64,000 bases of DNA from an uncultured Clostridium sp. (GTDB taxonomy: Bacteria; Bacillota; Clostridia; TANB77; CAG-508): the NCBI GenBank assembly GCA_948467875.1, contig CAOKFZ010000005.1, positions 1,930 through 65,929 of the forward strand, written 5' to 3'. Below are positions 61,432 to 64,000 of the stretch, piece by piece (positions within the stretch are counted from its first letter, which is position 1; each line of letters opens with the position of its first letter). A model generated the notes under the pieces. The model had not been told where the DNA came from, did not search any database, and saw only the letters and a program-made list of their open reading frames with translations. The position numbers and the translations under genes were made by a program.

Positions 61432-61683
61432 CTATTTCGTATTTATCATACGTCGCATTACATCTATTACAAACCATAGACAAATCAGAAAAAAAATCGC
61501 ATTTAAACAAGTTGTATGATTATCTAATTTTTCTAATATTAAAATTTCATTTTCAATTATTGTATTTGAGGAATTGTCAGTCATTAATTCATTTGTAATT
61601 TCTGAAACATCTTCAAAATAAATATTTGAGGAATTGTCTGAATTTTTTAAGTCGTCTATTTCTTCAAGTTCTTCATTTTCCAT
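61432..61683 (-). CDS. Small acidic protein with C-terminal TM (minor virion protein-like)
   Basis: 83 aa, single TM, position in the operon. Confidence 0.55.
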   Translation of the reverse strand: MENEELEEIDDLKNSDNSSNIYFEDVSEITNELMTDNSSNTIIENEILILEKLDNHTTCLNAIFFLICLWFVIDVMRRMINTK

Positions 61684-61833
61684 TTATAAGCCCCCTTTAA
61701 AAGTTTTTGGAAATGCCATACTTAAAAACAGATTTACAAGCCTTTCTGCTAACAAGAAAATAGAACCTATTGGCAAGGCTTTTCCAATAACTTGTACTAC
61801 TAAATTAACAATAATTGTATAATCAATTTCCAT
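61684..61833 (-). CDS. 49-aa hydrophobic protein (pVII/pIX-like)
   Basis: AAGGAG RBS; MEIDYTIIVNLVVQVIGKALPIGSIFLLAERLVNLFLSMAFPKTFKGGL; stop abuts the next ATG. Confidence 0.6.
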   Translation of the reverse strand: MEIDYTIIVNLVVQVIGKALPIGSIFLLAERLVNLFLSMAFPKTFKGGL

Positions 61834-62698
61834 TTTTCAAGCTCCTTTCTTCGTTGTAAATATTTGAACGTGATACACCGTTCCATTCTTTACGATAACG
61901 TTTCATTTTTGCAAATGTGTCGTATGAACTATATAACTCTGGTCGATGTATCCATAGAAATTTACGGATAATATCTGCGTGTAATTTTCCGTTTTCCTCT
62001 GTGGCTGTTTTTCCATTAATTACTTTGTTGTATTGAATACATTGCAAGTAATTTTTGCATATAACAACTGTGTCGATTTGTTCACGAAGTGGCTTAGCAA
62101 GTCGCATATAAACTTGAGAAGTTCCGACAATATGTTTACGTTGTTTTCTCTGTTGTGATACTTCAACCATGATTTCAATTGGTATGTTTTTGCTTTCTAA
62201 TGAGTTAAATTCAAGATGTATTTCGTCGATTAAATACAAAACACCTTCAAAACCATTCGACAGATTTTTGATACATTCGATACCGTCATAAGCTATAACA
62301 ATTTTTACATCTTCACGGAATTTCTCAATATGTGTTTGAACTTCACCGTCATAATCTGATATACAAACAGTTCTTACCAGTTCGTCATTTTCAATTAAGT
62401 AATAATTAATAATCGTTATACTAGAAGTCAACTGACAAATTTTATAATAGCAATTAACTGAAAAATCTCTAATTGAAACATTTGTGCAAAATATACAATT
62501 ATTGTACATTTCATTTATACGAACACAATATTGAACAGCTGATAAAGTTTTTCCTGCTCCTTGTTCTGCACAAAAGACGAGTAAGCCTGCTGGATAAAAA
62601 TAAGTAGGGTGGGTATTAGAGAATTTCCTTTTATAATTAATCACACGAAATATATTAAAAAAGTTGTGTGAACCTTTTAAACATTCTAAACTATCCAT
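61823..62698 (-). CDS. Zot/pI-like morphogenesis ATPase
   Basis: Walker A-like AEQGAGKT, Walker B YLIDEIH, QQRKQRKHIVGTSQ..RL.K.LRE, YDT. Confidence 0.85.
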   Translation of the reverse strand: MDSLECLKGSHNFFNIFRVINYKRKFSNTHPTYFYPAGLLVFCAEQGAGKTLSAVQYCVRINEMYNNCIFCTNVSIRDFSVNCYYKICQLTSSITIINYYLIENDELVRTVCISDYDGEVQTHIEKFREDVKIVIAYDGIECIKNLSNGFEGVLYLIDEIHLEFNSLESKNIPIEIMVEVSQQRKQRKHIVGTSQVYMRLAKPLREQIDTVVICKNYLQCIQYNKVINGKTATEENGKLHADIIRKFLWIHRPELYSSYDTFAKMKRYRKEWNGVSRSNIYNEERSLKNGN

Positions 62699-62772
62699 TT
62701 TTACTCCTTTTATTTAAAAAAAGAGATGTGAAAAAAACAAAGGAGAAATTCCACATCTCTTTTTATTGAAAA

Positions 62773-62973
62773 CTAAAAGCTGATTTTTCCTTTTGTAACA
62801 GCATTTGTAAAAATTTGTTTTAGCTTTCTTGCACCAAACCACATTAAAACGAATGTCATACCAACACCAACTACAGCTGCTAAAACACCAACGATTTGTG
62901 CTGGGGTAATTGAGTTCGTTATTGCTGTGATTAATGGTTGCAAAATGGTTGTCATATCTGTTGCACCTTCCAT
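62773..62973 (-). CDS. Major coat protein (pVIII-like)
   Basis: 66 aa: amphipathic N-terminus, one TM, basic C-terminus; followed by hairpin 62718-62765. Confidence 0.75.
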   Translation of the reverse strand: MEGATDMTTILQPLITAITNSITPAQIVGVLAAVVGVGMTFVLMWFGARKLKQIFTNAVTKGKISF

Positions 62974-63014
62974 ACTATCAACTCCTTCACTTTAGTATAT
63001 CTATATTCAAACAG

Positions 63015-63302
63015 CTATTTTTGAGAAACAGCTATCGGAATAAGCGAAACATTAGAACTATAAAACTTTACATCAAAGTCTATGATAACATCTGTATAAG
63101 GCTCTAAAGTTTGTAAATCTTTAACGATAATACTATCAGCAGCAAGTTTGAATGTTCTTTCAAATATGCCTTCTTCTGTGATTTCGTCTACCTTTAAAGC
63201 ATAACTTGCTTTATATGGTACTTTTTCGCCTTTATTGTTAATAAATTCGCCACCTTCTTTAGCAACTAATGACTTAAATTTGAATTTTCCTCTACTTTTC
63301 AT
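63015..63302 (-). CDS. ssDNA-binding protein (pV-like)
   Basis: 95 aa beta-rich, GEFINNKGEKVPY hairpin, immediately before the coat gene. Confidence 0.55.
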   Translation of the reverse strand: MKSRGKFKFKSLVAKEGGEFINNKGEKVPYKASYALKVDEITEEGIFERTFKLAADSIIVKDLQTLEPYTDVIIDFDVKFYSSNVSLIPIAVSQK

Positions 63303-63326
63303 AATTTTTTATCTTCCTTTCATTTT

Positions 63327-63518
63327 TTATATTTCTACTTTTTCTATTTCTGGAACAAGCTTGTTATATGTATTAATAACCATAATTTGTAATTCTTCGT
63401 AAGCTTTTTTATAAATGATACTTTCAAAACCGTCTATCATATCTGAGAATAAACCTAAACTTGATATAAGTAGCTTTATTTCAATATCTGACAACATAAT
63501 TTTTTTTTGCTTTTTCAT
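63327..63518 (-). CDS. Phage hypothetical protein
   Basis: AAGGA RBS before ATG 63518. Confidence 0.5.
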   Translation of the reverse strand: MKKQKKIMLSDIEIKLLISSLGLFSDMIDGFESIIYKKAYEELQIMVINTYNKLVPEIEKVEI

Positions 63519-63680
63519 AAAATAAATTTTTCCTTTCAATTCATTAAATTTCTTTTAAATCTTTCTTTTTCTTGTTTTGTTTATTCTAAAATATACATAT
63601 TTTTCCTCCTATTTGTCTTGAATGGAGGATATTCAAGACAAAAAAATAATGTGAAACTTAATAAGTATTTATTACTTATC

Positions 63681-63707
63681 TTGTTTCACACCTATTTTAA
63701 CATTACA
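63681..63707 (-). repeat. Right terminal inverted repeat
   Basis: Reverse complement TGTAATGTTAAAATAGGTGTGAAACAA; same length and same ends as the left IR. Confidence 0.75.
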
Positions 63708-64000
63708 CCATAGTTGTGTTCCTCCCTTGAATTGTATTTTTATTATGGCTTGTTGACTTCTAAAAGTTTTTTATAATCTAATTATAGCATACAGAGATAT
63801 CTTAGAGAAGGGGAATTTTTACCAGTTTTCTATCGGTTTAATTTTTAAACACACAAGTTTGTGCCTTTTATGTGATGAAATTGTGAAAATTGTGTGAATT
63901 TTTATAAAATAAAAATATTTCGAAAAATGATTGAATTTTTCTTGTTTTTATTATAAAATGAAAAAGAAATTTGTAATTGGAGATGACAAATGAAAAATAT

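Larger units (their letters stand above)
55117..63707 (-). mobile_element. Integrated filamentous (inovirus-like) prophage with terminal inverted repeats and DDE transposase, 8591 bp
   Basis: Rolling-circle Rep, SSB-like, major coat-like, Zot/pI ATPase, pIII/pVI-like genes; 27-bp imperfect IRs TGTA-N13-TGTGAAACAA at both ends. Confidence 0.85.

Noticed and set aside
1269-63713. Numerous 60-140 aa ORFs antisense to or inside larger genes (e.g. 1866-2195, 5558-5971, 21800-22186, 25831-26157, 31474-31833, 50022-50291)
   Set aside because: Shadow frames of well-supported genes, without RBS or motifs

Overview
A 64 kb chromosomal window from an AT-rich Firmicute. The gene content (ypeB, ricT/yaaT, dnaD-dnaC, Bce-type module) suggests a spore-forming clostridial lineage, which is an inference. 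It is mostly housekeeping, envelope and regulatory genes (cls, dnaD/dnaC, gyrA, lepB, holB, mtaD, murF/ddl, three ECF sigma/anti-sigma pairs, tRNA-Arg) plus a few lone accessory genes. Main observations: (1) Every broken reading frame I found is broken the same way. An in-frame CGG codon is followed by continuation in the +1 frame, and skipping its C gives a GGN glycine, usually at a motif-expected Gly. There are 10 sites in 8 genes on both strands, including the helicase loader and three successive sites in a prophage gene. In-frame CGG is otherwise absent from resident genes in a manual scan. This points to systematic CGG-triggered +1 frameshifting or four-base CGGN decoding; an assembly artefact remains to be excluded. 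(2) An 8.6 kb filamentous (inovirus-like) prophage at 55117-63707 is bounded by transposon-type inverted repeats, encodes an IS481-like DDE transposase and splits a small host ORF. (3) Two unrelated small-ORF/convergent-sRNA cassettes have an sRNA hairpin loop complementary to the start-codon region of the peptide mRNA (type I toxin-antitoxin-like). All calls are from reading motifs by eye; no database searches were run.
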